A stretch of DNA of 64,000 nt from Lingula anatina. Its lineage: Eukaryota; Animalia; Brachiopoda. The stretch covers positions 16,430,001-16,494,000 of the forward strand of contig CM120645.1 in assembly GCA_051362555.1 (NCBI GenBank), in the 5' to 3' direction. Numbering within the stretch: position 1 is the first letter of the stretch; each line of letters starts with the position of its first letter. Position numbers and translations under genes: made by a program. A model generated the notes under the pieces. The model made no database searches and was not told where the DNA came from. It saw only the letters and a program-made list of their open reading frames with translations. Of the stretch, positions 24,801 to 36,502 are shown one piece after another.

Positions 24801-26699
24801 AAAAGTGGCATAGAGGCTCTCAAAACTAGCTGGCAAAAGTGTATAGATTCTCAAGGAGACTATGTTGAAAAATAAAGCAAAATACTTGTTAAATGTGTAC
24901 CCCTTCTATATGAGGCTCACTACTTATCAATCAACCCTCGTACATTGTTTAATTTTACCCGAAAATGATGTTTGAACAGATTTTTCTGCTGGCATTCTAA
25001 GCTGTATGTCAATGGGGCAGGAAAGTAGGTCACGAATGTAGGTTAAATTTACAACCATAAATTTAAAGAAAGGAGCAGTCTAAAGGTCTTTTATGGCTGA
25101 TCGAGTGATCTATTCAGTTTATCCCTTGGCATGTCGAATTTATTTGAGTCATATCAGAATCTAGTTGAAGTGGTTTACATGTGTTACTGGGAATCCACGC
25201 TCCACCGATGCTTGGTTCGTATGTACCTTTAAGAGCTAGATCTTATAACTACTATTGACCTTGGATTGGATTTCTTATATTCACAATCATACTTCAGCCT
25301 TAGCTTTGGCCTGTTTCTTTTCCCCATGTTAATATAAGTGTATTATAAATTGTAATTTTCCAGAAAAAATAAGAACTCTGGTTTATTGCATTTTGTAGAG
25401 CTTGTCGGGCACAACATTGGAGGTCGTGTCCCTTTTTTGTTTTCCATACAAATTAAAGTGCTAATTACATCTGGTGGTAATGCCGACGATAACGTCTCTC
25501 TGATCCTCTGATTAAATTTCTGTTTTGACACAATGCTTTGTATAATATGTTTTGCCATTAGGTAACTGCTAAACACGAAATTCGACTTGCTGATTTGGGA
25601 CTGACAAAACCGCAATGTGACATCACTGGTACACTATGTGGAACACTGGTTTACATGGCACCAGAAATTCTGAAGAAGGAAAAGGTCGGGGCACCAGCAG
25701 ACATGTACACGGTTGGGGTCATGCTTTGGGAAATGTGGTATGGGAAACGTGCCTACAATCTGTCTTGCTTTAGGGATTTTGAGGTGAGTTATACTTTATT
25801 AATTTATATTATTGCACAGAATGAGTAAATATTTAATTGGTGCAAACTGAATATGCCTCAGAAAATTTTTTGTCATAAGATTCATTTTACAACAGGGGAA
25901 ATGTAAGAATCGGTATCTACCGGAAATCACCTTTAGACATGTTAATAATAATGTTAATAACATATAGATAATATGTTGGGTAGAGATGGTATTGTCCGTA
26001 TTCTGAACTTCGTAGTAGACATTTCCATGAGTGAAAGTTTGCAGGATTATGCACGATTCAGGATTATTATTCTTCCTCTTTTCATTTATTTCATACGATT
26101 TTAATAAGATGTGAGCGATGAGAAATCGCAAGCTACGTTTTCAGGATTTTCATGCAGTTTCACAACTTTCACTCATTCATTTTAATATCTGGATTCACCC
26201 TTCCAAATCCCCCATAACACCAGTTTTAACCCAATATTGATTCACTTTTGAAATAATTTGTTTAAAATCAAATGAAAAATATTAAACGGGATTAAGAAAG
26301 CCATGATTGTAAACCACCCAGATTCAATACCCTCTGCCATGGCCACAGGTTGGTTTTTCACAAGATATTCACAGATATGCCTCTAGATAAATAGGTCATT
26401 TTGCTATCTCTTTTGGAACATTTCCCTATGATATCTGCCACCCTGGTAAAGGGTCATGATTAAACACGTTCCCATTGTGAATACTTCATACTGTTAGAAA
26501 AAAAGCTTTAACGTTTAATTTTCATTTTCAGCTTGACTGGACATCACATATTGTCCTTGAGGGTTTTACACCGCCGCCGCCCATGTGGTGCAAGAAGTTA
26601 GAAAAGCTGCTTTCCCCCACGCCATCCGAAAGACCAACCGCAAGCGAAATGGAGATATTCCTTAAAGAAGAAACCCGCAAAAAATCCCATCATAAGTAA
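9637..26699 (+). CDS. Gene A: dynamin-like (mitofusin/BDLP-type) GTPase + membrane hairpin + protein kinase fusion, DSTYK-related, 1013 aa, 10 coding exons
   Basis: Exons 9637-9831, 10091-10298, 10938-11227, 11562-11702, 12512-12757, 21074-21186, 21367-22518, 22703-23009, 25562-25783, 26532-26699. All introns are GT-AG with compatible phases, and the 3042 nt total is an open frame. Motifs: G1 AGETGAGKS, G2 SCTA, G3 DSPG, G4 NKWD; hydrophobic VMIGVTSPVWIPIGLVAALFVVPVALGVAL; kinase AAAK, HRDLKPEN, DLG, GTLVYMAPE, DMYTVG, ERPT. A splice acceptor at 9629-9630 just before the ATG implies an upstream UTR exon. Confidence 0.92.
10091..10298 (+). CDS. Gene A exon 2: pre-GTPase helices up to ILVAG
   Basis: tttcag acceptor, AAELMVD...ILVA, phase-1 gtaatt donor. 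Confidence 0.88.
10938..11227 (+). CDS. Gene A exon 3: P-loop GETGAGKS and G2
   Basis: Completes the Walker A motif across the splice junction; ends WPIPLLQ with a gtaaca donor. Confidence 0.92.
11562..11702 (+). CDS. Gene A exon 4: G3 DSPG
   Basis: GGVYIMDSPGIGE...GGVQEDR; boundaries match gene B exon 4. Confidence 0.92.
12512..12757 (+). CDS. Gene A exon 5: G4 NKWD
   Basis: tttgtag acceptor, LQGLL...AIFVLNKWD...MSVTK, gtgagc donor. Confidence 0.9.
14000..14340. repeat. Degenerate tandem repeat, about 93-bp unit
   Basis: tgactatattc...ccgcctcgtcgtcagaaata recurs at 14108, 14201 and 14293. Confidence 0.75.
14738..14834. repeat. Long imperfect palindrome, probably a transposon terminus
   Basis: ataatacactgtcaccc...gcgatatatgccat...atggcatatatcgc...gggtgacagtgtattat. 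Confidence 0.75.
15387..17451 (-). pseudogene. Decayed multi-exon gene of unknown family, antisense within gene A intron 5
   Basis: Phase-compatible exon chain 15912-15833, 15782-15626 (two TGA stops) and 15541-15387 with 50- and 84-bp GT-AG introns; further exon-like pieces at 17451-17340, 17152-16926 and about 16460-16290. Confidence 0.4.
21074..21186 (+). CDS. Gene A exon 6 (not in the ORF track)
   Basis: AQSALKQGCATPEFSKFLVGLKNLFPKTLKSNQESKY; aligns with gene B AWQHSQAG...EHVHR; phases 0 and 2 fit the neighbouring exons. Confidence 0.85.
21367..22518 (+). CDS. Gene A exon 7: helical stalk, membrane hairpin and kinase N-lobe
   Basis: 383-aa ORF with coiled-coil character, a hydrophobic segment at about 21911-22000, and ASGTFSEV and AAAK motifs. 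Confidence 0.93.
22703..23009 (+). CDS. Gene A exon 8: kinase hinge and catalytic loop
   Basis: NIIKFIG, ILMEYC, HRDLKPENIL, gtaagt donor. Confidence 0.93.
23105..24300 (+). mobile_element. Helentron/HINE-like non-autonomous repeat in gene A intron 8
   Basis: ttagtcccgacc...ttctcctcctagac head, then degenerate gacctttgacc-containing repeats; homologous to 45340-46560. Confidence 0.55.
24313..25228 (-). mobile_element. TTAA-flanked MITE (same family as 2538-2909) interrupted by a mariner
   Basis: ttaa|agatgcata ... tatgtacct|ttaa; the two halves are colinear with the reverse of 2538-2909. Confidence 0.75.
24404..24940 (+). mobile_element. Internally deleted mariner element
   Basis: Perfect 29-bp TIR cgagggttgattgataagtagtgagcctc with TA TSD; transposase remnant NAPAHKS...HPPYSPDLAASDYYLYPKLKK. 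Confidence 0.92.
25562..25783 (+). CDS. Gene A exon 9: DLG and activation segment
   Basis: IRLADLGLTKP...GTLVYMAPE...DMYTVGVMLWEM, gtgagt donor. Confidence 0.93.
26532..26699 (+). CDS. Gene A exon 10: kinase subdomain XI and stop
   Basis: ttttcag acceptor, LDWTSH...LLSPTPSERPTASEM...HHK then TAA. Confidence 0.85.
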   Translation, partial: LDWTSHIVLEGFTPPPPMWCKKLEKLLSPTPSERPTASEMEIFLKEETRKKSHHK

Positions 26700-27202
26700 T
26701 TTCCAGAAGATTGTGACTGAAAAAGTATTTTATATACTTTTTTTAATGTGAACAAGTGGAATGGCTGTGTCGTAATAATATCATTACAGGAAAATACGAA
26801 GTGTTTCAAGGACGAAAGAACGGAGGCTTCTGTTTTCCTAGGGAGGGAGGGTGAACTTGTCATGGACAGGAAAATATCGGTTGTAAAGGGCATGCGCACA
26901 CACACATACACACAAACACAACAGTTATTGTTTAGAATAAATTATAATTTTAAGGTTAATTCTTTTCATGCTAGAATAAAAAAGTAAGGTTTTAATTTAA
27001 AACATTTTAATTCATTAAAAAAATCCTACGGTATATCAATCTGTGTATGGCGTTAGTGCATGATATATAATATCATATTTAGAATTTATTATATTGCCTA
27101 CAATATGTGATAGATGACAGGATTGATAGATGTTCTGTCTAACACACCAAATATAATAATATCCCATACATTGATTTTTGTTTGAATCTGATAGATTGGA
27201 CT

Positions 27203-27238
<36 letters not shown>

Positions 27239-27314
27239 AAATTTTATTAAAATTAATTTCCATTTTCTTAAATGTTACTAGAAGTCTCTTTTTTTTTTTT
27301 TTTTGATAAATGCA

Positions 27315-28019
27315 CAGGGGGTGATAAAAGTATTGCACCATTTTTTCTTTAAGGGGAATAACAACTGGCTTTGTTAGCTTTTTCAATTGTTATTTTATTG
27401 AAAACCGTCAAGCGAGTATCTTTATTTTAGGTTTACAGAACAGTGCATTTCCCTTACTTAACACATATCAGCATTAATATTTTGTTGGATAGCAGCGTGA
27501 TCTCAATATGGCCACCATCTTTCTGGTGATAGTACTTGCAGCCCGTGCCACTCCCCTGCGTCTGTTTGACAAGGTGATGAGTGGCTTTCTCTTGACAATC
27601 CTGCTGTGCATACATTAAGCATGGAACCTTTTTTACCGGTCTTTCGCTAACCTAAACCTGCAAACTGCGCGACCACTGCAACGCTAATTCCCCGCATAGC
27701 TAAAACCTTCTTGGCCTTGACAGCATAAAAAGGCGTATGTCGTCCCTGGCATTAGTTGTCCTTGGGCGGCCACTTCGATGTAACTTATGGACATAACCAG
27801 TGTCCTTCATCCTTCTGCAAACCTTATACAGTCGGACGAGATATACCACATCTGGCAGCTACATTTATCTGGGTAACATTGATACTCTCCTCCCTCAGAG
27901 GAACAATTCATCACTGGTAAAGCGAGCAATTAACTAAAAAATCCGTTGAACTAACAGGTCCCCCATGTCACATAGAGCACTATTTACGCAGGTGGTGTAA
28001 TACCTTTGTCTCCCCTCTG
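27315..28019 (-). mobile_element. Internally deleted Tc1 element
   Basis: TIRs cagggggtgataaaagtattgcacc / ggtgtaatacctttgtctcccctctg; decayed transposase N-terminus (CGISRPTV, RSGRPRTT, HSRIVKRKPLIT); an empty site is seen near 47810. Confidence 0.8.
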
Positions 28020-29314
28020 TACATTCTAATCACCAGGTCCATTCGGCATTTATGGGCAGGTTATAATTAAATGTTGAATCATATATCGGGTTTTTAATAA
28101 ATAGAAATTCATAACCAGTAGGACGTTCACTGTTTGTCATGTTTTCGATAAATTTGCCCAATTTGATTTTTTTTTTAATTTAAATTTTCTTTTACTATTC
28201 AACTAACCTAGATGTCATTGTTTCTGTTCCTTTGAATATCTTTTTTGTTTTATCAGTGCACACATCATATGTTATCTTTGATGCCTAGTATTAACAGCTT
28301 TTGAAAAGCAATTATATACATGTGGTTGTGTTACAAAATATGTCAAGTTTCCATGATCATCGACAGAAGTAGTGTAGTCGCAGTTTGTTTTATTCATTAC
28401 TTAAATATGTATAGCTGGCTGTTTGGGAACTTTATAATTTTAGCACCATTGGTAAAGAGTTGTTTTTTACATTTTTATTTTGTTTATCCAGATGTAATCA
28501 CGCTGTGAACTTCTTTGAAAAAATATGTAATGCTTTTGTGTGATCCTGTCTCTTTGTTTTACAACAACACTGACCATGGAATCTAATTACTTATGCAATG
28601 ATAATAATGCTAATCTTAACCGAGCAACTTTAAATATCTTATTTAAATTTCTAGTTGTGATTGATTTTCTTCCCCTACCCCCACTGATCTGAAATGGAAC
28701 TGACACTCCCATACGCTAATTATATCCATCATCATTCTCACAAACTGTAAATTTAAGTAACAAATGGCCATTAAATATTTGTAATATAGATGACATTAAA
28801 CAAAATATACCCTAAAAAGTATGTTATTAGCTCACATTCTCTATTTAGATAAATTTCATTGCTTTATTTTTTTAAAAAGTTTTCTCAAACTTGACCTCAT
28901 TTGACCTAATTTCACTTAAAATTGTTCAGTATTATATAATATTTATTACTTCTATGTTTAGAGAACCCTTCGGCTACATAATGATATATAAACCATCCTT
29001 ATATCTTATTCAAATTGCAAACTATAGATATTTTTCTTCCCCTACCCCCATTATTTTTAATGTGCTTATTTGAGACACAAAGTGTTACATATTATTAAAT
29101 TCAAGCCCCATGTGACATTTTTTTGCTCTGGGAACATCTAGAAATTAAAAATTTAGACATCAAGGAATAAGAAAATATAGGTATCTACTTTTTTTCACGG
29201 GGTTGCACGTGAACCCCTCCTTCCCACCAGACTAATTGAGCAATGCGCACTGTGACGGGTGACACTCCAATACAAAAGAGAAGACTGTATTTGTACTCAT
29301 ACGGTTGATTTATT

Positions 29315-29891
29315 AGAGAGTTTTGGCAAGGCCTTCCGTACGACGTATAACGTGCGACGTCATCACTTTGTGCGTAGTTTTTCTCAAGGACAAGTCATAA
29401 GTCATACGGCACTACGTATGAATCGGTGATTACACGTAGGTAAGAAAGTATCGAATTTAGTAGATTTACGCTCATTTCTTTCAAGTTTAACATGCTGCAG
29501 AGGAATATAAAGGGTGTTAAGATTCCACTGAATCACTTTTAGACGCTGTCGGTAGAAATACTCTGTGAAAACAGCTGGAAAAACAGAAAGTCAATCAGTC
29601 GTCCGTAGTAGTATCAAATTCAATTTAAGTTGATTTTTTTCATAAACAACAGGATCCGCGGCATCAATTGACGTAAATAACACATTCCATTCAACATCTT
29701 AATTATTCATCTATCTAAAAAGAATCCAAATATTATAATAGTTATATATAATATAAATAAATATAATATTAAAAAAACGCATACGGAGTGAGACCTGCCA
29801 AAACCACTGCTAGCTTTCTCGCGTACGTAAAACGTATTACGCATTGAACTATACGTTACACGTCATACGGAAGGCCTTGCCAAAACTCTCT
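29315..29891. mobile_element. MITE with ATT 3-bp TSD (PIF/Harbinger-like)
   Basis: TIR agagagttttggcaaggccttccgta / tacggaaggccttgccaaaactctct, with att on both flanks. Confidence 0.8.
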
Positions 29892-31192
29892 ATTGTCTCT
29901 TTACACAAACTTGTGTGACGATACTTATGTGTGTATGGTTCAAATCTGTAAAAATAAAAAATAAAAAATGCTTAAATAACTGACAAAAACCCTAGAGCAC
30001 ATTATATATAGATATAAAGAAACAAACAGATAAATAAATATTAATAAAGTGAATACATTATATAATAAAGAAAAATGACACTTCTTTTGAAATTATCCAC
30101 GAGTCCACACCCAAATTTTACTGAGACTTGTAAATACCACAATATATTTACCTAAAACTAAATTTTAAGTCAATATGAATTTGATAGTAACAATGGCAGT
30201 TGTATTAAAGTAAAGTAAATGAAACTTACAATTTTTTGTCCTCTTTTGTATGTCAAATTTTGTAACTTCTTGGATGTCTGCATATAATTCAACTGCTTGC
30301 ATCTAAGCTTTCTGTGTAACCAACTGCTCATACTTGGTGGCAGTGTCTATTATTGATAGGGGTGATAAGTGGACTACATTACACAGTAGGGGTGTCAGAT
30401 TATGTCCTTTACACCGGCCCCTTAAATGTGAGATTATAAAACGAACATTTACCTAATATACTTCTAAAGGACAGAACTTAACTCTCTATGTATGAAGTAC
30501 ATTTTATAACATAAACATATCAGTTATATGGTACATCTTAAGTTAACTATACTCCTTAAATGTCAATCTTAAACTAAGTAACACAATGTCCACTGTTTAA
30601 TTAATGTCACTTTATCCAATGTCCTTCATGGTAACCTCCATGAATTATTGTCCTCATTGATCACTTTCCATGTCTTAAATGTCCTCCATGAATATCCTTT
30701 CCATGAATGAAATCCATTGTTATAACAGTCTCTGACTTAAACATAAACTGAATAATAAATGAAAATTCAATTACATATGTTATCATAGTCTCTGAACAGT
30801 CCATAATAAAACAAAAGTAATGAAACAGTCTCTAAAGTCTATAAATCACACAGTTCTACATTCTGTGACCTCTTCCAATAAGCACAACTTGGTTATGGGC
30901 CTAATCAAAGTTGTGTTGGCAGTTTGTACTTCTGCAGATCTTACATGTCCATCTCTCCCTGGAAAAGTTTTAATGACTGTTGCAATTTTGCCACATGTTC
31001 CTTGGAGTGTTGTTGTCTGCAATTAAAACAACATCACCAACCTGTATATCACGTCTTACAGTCATCCACTTTTGTCTGCTTTGTAATAATGGCAAATATT
31101 CATGTCCGTGGGACGAAGACTCCCAAGTAATGTAAGTTCTACGTTTAGTTTTGCGCGTCCTAATGGGACGTGCGCTCCTGACATTTTATTAA

Positions 31193-31362
31193 CAGGCCCG
31201 TAGCTAGCAATTTCAAAAGGGGGGTTCTTTTTCTGAAAAAGTGGACCTTTTTTCCATAAAAAAACTTCATGAAACCAGATCAAATTTTACCCAGAGTGGA
31301 CCTTTTCCCAGCAAAGGGGTGGTTCTTTTGAACCCCCCGAACCCCCCCTGGCTACGTGCCTG
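31193..31362. mobile_element. Short CAGG-type MITE; related copy about 45144-45310
   Basis: caggcccgtagc / gctacgtgcctg termini with attaa duplicated on the flanks. Confidence 0.7.
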
Positions 31363-32489
31363 ATTAACGCGTGTCCCATATAGTTAACACCGATAAATGA
31401 CATGATTAAATACATGTAGATATAAACTAGTTTTAAAGATATAATAAACGTTTGCTTTATTCTATTTATATGACATTTTATCTTTATATTTTACAATGTT
31501 TTTTATTTTCCGATGGACAGTTGATATGCATATTAATGAAGTAACAAACACAATTTATTTATTTATTTTTTATGTGTATTTTTCATCTAGGTAATTTTGA
31601 TCGTAGTATGTTAACGCATACTTTTGGCGTACTCCTCCCTCGGTGCACTTTATGTATGAGCCTGGTTTACCCGATATTTTTAACAAAATACGGTACCATC
31701 CAAAGATGTCCCTTACCTTTTCTCCTTTGGGGTATTTGTCTGTTATTTCATGTCCTTTTCTACTGGGGTGTGCCTTTTGTGTTTTGCGTCGAGAAAACAG
31801 TTGTAAGTGTAAAGAGCACGGAATTTCGAACACATATTAGACATTTAAAACAACATTATACATTTTGCTACAAGTAATATGGGGGCGGGAGGTGAGGGTG
31901 GTAAGTTCATGTCAAAGGTAGGTCACGAACATAAAGATGTACGTTACAGACCGATTTATGAATACTTACCTTACGAATTGCACGCTAACCACTACACAGA
32001 CGAGCTGGAGTTGCAAAGCACCCATTTTTTTGTCTGATATACATGTATGGCTCACCAGAAGGAATTCATATACATTTATAATTGTATCATTTAACCGTAT
32101 TATTGCGTATGGATAGGAATCTTAAATAGCCTGACTTCTACATTACTGACATAGGTGTAACAGGAATAAGAGTCCGACAGTAATACAAGTTCTACTTACT
32201 TTAATTATAAGCCAGGAACCTAAGTCCCAGGAGGACTACAAATTCCAAGTCCGTAGGACCACGGTTCTTGGGGGAATTGGATTACTGATACACCGGGGCT
32301 AGTTGGACCCCCTAACATCAATTGTTTTTTTGTATTAAATTGTGAGCCAACTGGCATTATATTTGAAAAATAATGACGTTGCATACGTAGCTTAGTTCAT
32401 GGTGCTTACTTTGAAACCGGTTTTGTTACTCTAACTCATTCTTAGTTGGCTTTACAAGGCCAAAAATGTCCAACTTGGCCAACTAGCCC

Positions 32490-33809
32490 GGTCTCTCATA
32501 TCCATTGTTTTGTCAGTCTGCATTATTCATGTGCAAATAGGGTCTCTGGGTAATTCTTATTTAAGTAAATTGACCAGAATCAGGTGTAAAACTTACCTTT
32601 ACTGGACAAGTAATGGGTAAAAACGAAGAATGAAAGGACTCCACAATGTAATTCTTTTCGGCGAAGAGACTATCTTCGGACAACACATCCAGGTGTGCAC
32701 ACTGCATGTAAATACAAGTTTATCTTTCCAAGCGTGTGAAAGGGTGTTAGAATGATTTGAGATCAACTGCATCAAAGGGGCCACTCGATGGGATTACCTG
32801 TCAAAATAATGTGGAATTCTAAAGACTAGCACAAAAGTCTGCCCTAACGCTCCTGATACAGTATATAATGGCTGTTTTACCAGCGTACATATAGATATTA
32901 AAATCGTCAAACAGAAGGATTAACGCCTGAATAACTTAAGCCGCTCTCTATTGTGTTCAGATCCATTGACCCATCAAGGTGACAGCCGAGTCGGTCTCTT
33001 TGTCACCTTGGTTATCACCGAACAGTGAAGATTATTCTGTTATCCAAATGAAAGCACGTGAAGCAGTAAACAAGGAGTTTTTGGTTAAGGTTAACAAAAT
33101 TCTTCAGTGGTAGTGCGTGTTTTTGTCACAAGAACGTTTGTTCTTTTCAATGCAAACAACTTGGTGGATAAATATTCTCTCTTACTTTTGGACCCACGTC
33201 CCCATTGCATGGATACAGCGCATCTTCAGGTACAGTACCTACAGGGTACATGTACTGTTGTCATGCCTTGAATATTTTATAGGGATAAAAAAGATAAGGT
33301 GGTTAACCTAAATTGTATTTTATCAAATGAGTTAATATCATGAGTTCTTTTATTCGAAATACTTAGAACACGACAGAATTTCCCATTTGTAATCCCTGCG
33401 TTGCATTACAACAGCCCAGGCGGTCACTCCCACCATCAGTGTAACGGCAAACAAGCAAAAAAGAGTACCTACCATTTATATTATCGTAAACATTCTGAAT
33501 AAAAATTGGCTAAGGATATGTGTTGACTGCCGATCTGCGTTCAGTCTATTTTTGCAAGGAATGCAAGTTTACCCATTTATAGATCCCGTCGAGGCAGTAT
33601 TTAATTGCTGTTCTACCAGCTAAAATTTCATCACACGGCGCCCGTGGCAAATGCGATTTAGTTTTAAGGTGCACGTGGACATGTAGCTGTTGATCGGTGG
33701 TCGGCTACCAAACTTGGGACGCACCAGTACAGCCCAGAACTAGGGAATGTCATGTAAAAACCTATAAAAATCTTGTTCAAACTAATATTGGCACAATATG
33801 AACTAGGAT

Positions 33810-33850
<41 letters not shown>

Positions 33851-36390
33851 TTATTTATTTGGCAGTTACATTTGTTAGCCCTCTATACTACAAATATATA
33901 AATAAATAAATAGTTATACATCACTATGGATTACTACTTATACAGTGTTTAAGAATATCTAATACATTGTATACGTTGTTTAAAATACTTATTACAATTG
34001 CAAATAGTTCAATACACTGAGGGAACACACATCTCCTTTGATAGGCTTATAGCTATATGTATCTAATGTGCCATTCTTATGGTTCATATAATATAGTAGG
34101 ATGAGGCTACATCAGTGTGGCAGATGCTCATTTCTTTTCGAAATTGCCCATAAGAACGTGGTGTTTTAGGTCTGGTGTAGCGTCCTCTTTCCATTTCCAG
34201 AATATGATCACTGACTCTAATTTTAGCCACTTCCCTTTTTAATGACTGAGGGGCATTAGTTAGCAGGAACTTTTCAATTGTGTAGGACTTTTTTTATCAG
34301 ACTATAAGTTTTTAACTTGGTGCTTTGTGGATCAGTTTACTCTTCCCAGAACATTTTTTCAATTTTAGCATTGATTTTTTCCTCAATATTGCAATGTGTT
34401 TGGATTTGCTGTTTGGACATTTCCACTGTGAAGATGCCAAGTTGTTAACATAGTATTAAGCGCTCCTGGCCAACCTTTTTCCCCTATTGTCAGTTCTGCA
34501 TCATGGGTGAGTTTCACTATTCTGTTATTTGGTAGATTTCCAAATCTTTGGCAGTATCGTTGTACCTGTTTAAAATGTTAGAATATAAAGGATAACGACC
34601 GAGCTCTGCGCGACTAGCATTGTTGCTGGCGTGTTTACTCAAACCCAGTGCCCATTTGCACATTCTCAAATGTGCTTGCTCAAAAGGCATTTGGTTAATT
34701 TTGTTCAGGGTCATTTTCTTTTCTTTGAACATTTCTTGGGACCAAACTTCACAGCCGTAAAGGAGTATTGGCCTTATCACTTTGTCAAACAGTTTTAAAT
34801 ATAGGAGAGGTGAGGATAAGTTTTGTGACGAAAGTGATCTGGGGGTCGATTTAATGGAAGTCCGACATTCTTGGAAGATAGTTTCTTCGCCGAAAAGAAT
34901 TACATCGTGGAGTTATTATAAGGGTACCGTAAGATGGCCTTGGTTTGAAAATTGGTTACTGTTTCTACCCCCTTTCTATATTAAGTTTTTACGCACGAAG
35001 TCAGCGTTTTTGTTGCGCAACCTGCTATTAATGAAAAACGTATATGCATAGTATCATTTATATAATCTGACTTTTTATTTGAAAAGAGAAGCCTGCTCGG
35101 ATTTTTCATTTTTGTCAGAATGTGTTATCTACGTGAAAATAGGGCCGCTGGTTATTTCGTATTTTAGTCAACATTACAGTATTAGACATAAAACCTTTAC
35201 TGATTTACACGACCTGACTTTTTGTGTGAACTTAAAAGCCTGCTCAGAATTTTCCATTGCTATGTCAGACTGCATTTTCCACGCGCAAATAGGGTCTCTG
35301 CTAATCTTCGTTTTCAGTCAAAAGAATTAGGAATAATACTCACGTTTTTTGGACAAAGTTTTGCCCACAACGAAGGGTAAATTAACTCAACTATGTAATT
35401 CTTTTCGGCGAAGAAACTATCTTCTAAGAATGTTGGACTTCCATTAAATTGACCCCCAGATCAGCTGCCATCACTTGTATAACAATAACCTAGGCAAAGT
35501 TGTTTTTGCAACTGCACATCCAGGTGTGCACACGGCATGTAAATACAAGTTTATTTTTCCAAGCGTATGAAAGGGTGTTAGAATGCTTTCAGATCACTTG
35601 CATCAAAAGGGACACTCTATGGGATTCCCTATCAACATAATGTGGCATTTTAAAGACTAGCACAAAAGTCTGCTATAACGCTCATGATACAGAATATAAT
35701 GGCAGTTCTATCAGCGTACAAATCAAAATTGTCAAACAAAATGGTTGACGCCTGAATAACTTAAGCCGCTCTTTATTGTGTTCAGATCCATTGACCCATC
35801 AAGGTGACAACTGACTCGGTCTCTTTGTCACCTTGGTTATTACAGAACACTGAAGATTACTTAGTTATCCAAATGAATGCACGTGAAGCAGTGAACACGA
35901 AGATTTTGGTAAAGGCTAACAAAAGCCTTCACTGGTAGTGCGTGTTTTTGTCGAAAGATCGTTTGTTCATTTCAAAGAAAAACACTCGGCGGAGAAATAT
36001 TGTCTCTTACTTTTGGACCCACGTCACCATTGGATACAGCGCATCTTCAGGTACAGTACCTACAGGGTACATGTACTGTTGTCATGCCTTGAATATTATA
36101 TAGGGATAAAAAAGATAAGGTGGTTAACCTAAATTGTATTTTATCAAATGAGTTAATATCATGAGTTCTTTTATTTGAAATAGTTAGAATACGACATAAT
36201 TCCCCATGTTTAATTCCTGCGTTGCATCACAACAGACCAGGCGGTCACTTCCACCATCAGTTTAACGGCAAACAAGCAAAAATGAGCACTTAACATTTAT
36301 ATCATCGTAACCATTCTGAACGAAAATTGGCTAAGGATCTGTGTTGGCTGTCGATTATCTGCGTACAGTCTATCTTAACAAGGAATGAAG
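32490..36390 (+). repeat. Tandemly duplicated unit of about 1.6 kb (third copy 40310-41750, diverged copy 4770-6120)
   Basis: Near-identical blocks, for example ORF-track peptides 33117 and 35938 share WIQRIFRYSTYRVHVLLSCLEY; gatccattgacccatcaaggtga occurs four times. Confidence 0.8.
33812..34830 (-). mobile_element. 5'-truncated non-LTR retrotransposon 3' end (RTEX-like)
   Basis: IRPILLYGCEVW...HLRMCKWALG...RAELGRYPL, with a simple (TAA)n tail at 33813-33850. Confidence 0.75.
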
Positions 36391-36502
36391 TTTTTCATAG
36401 CTCTTCCAGAAAAGCTATCAAAAGTAACAAAAACTATGAGATACTAAAATAGGGTTTGCGGTTACATCAGCAAAAAGTACGAAGAAACAATACTAGGACA
36501 CA

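Noticed and set aside
9637-26699. Assigning the symbol DSTYK or MFN to either gene
   Set aside because: Similarity is at the family and motif level only; the intact P-loop and HRDLKPEN differ from DSTYK as I recall it, and mitofusins have no kinase domain. Orthology needs a phylogeny.
33117-36132. Duplicated small ORFs sharing WIQRIFRYSTYRVHVLLSCLEY
   Set aside because: The similarity comes from the DNA duplication; the N-terminal frames differ between copies, and no splice or codon evidence supports a gene.
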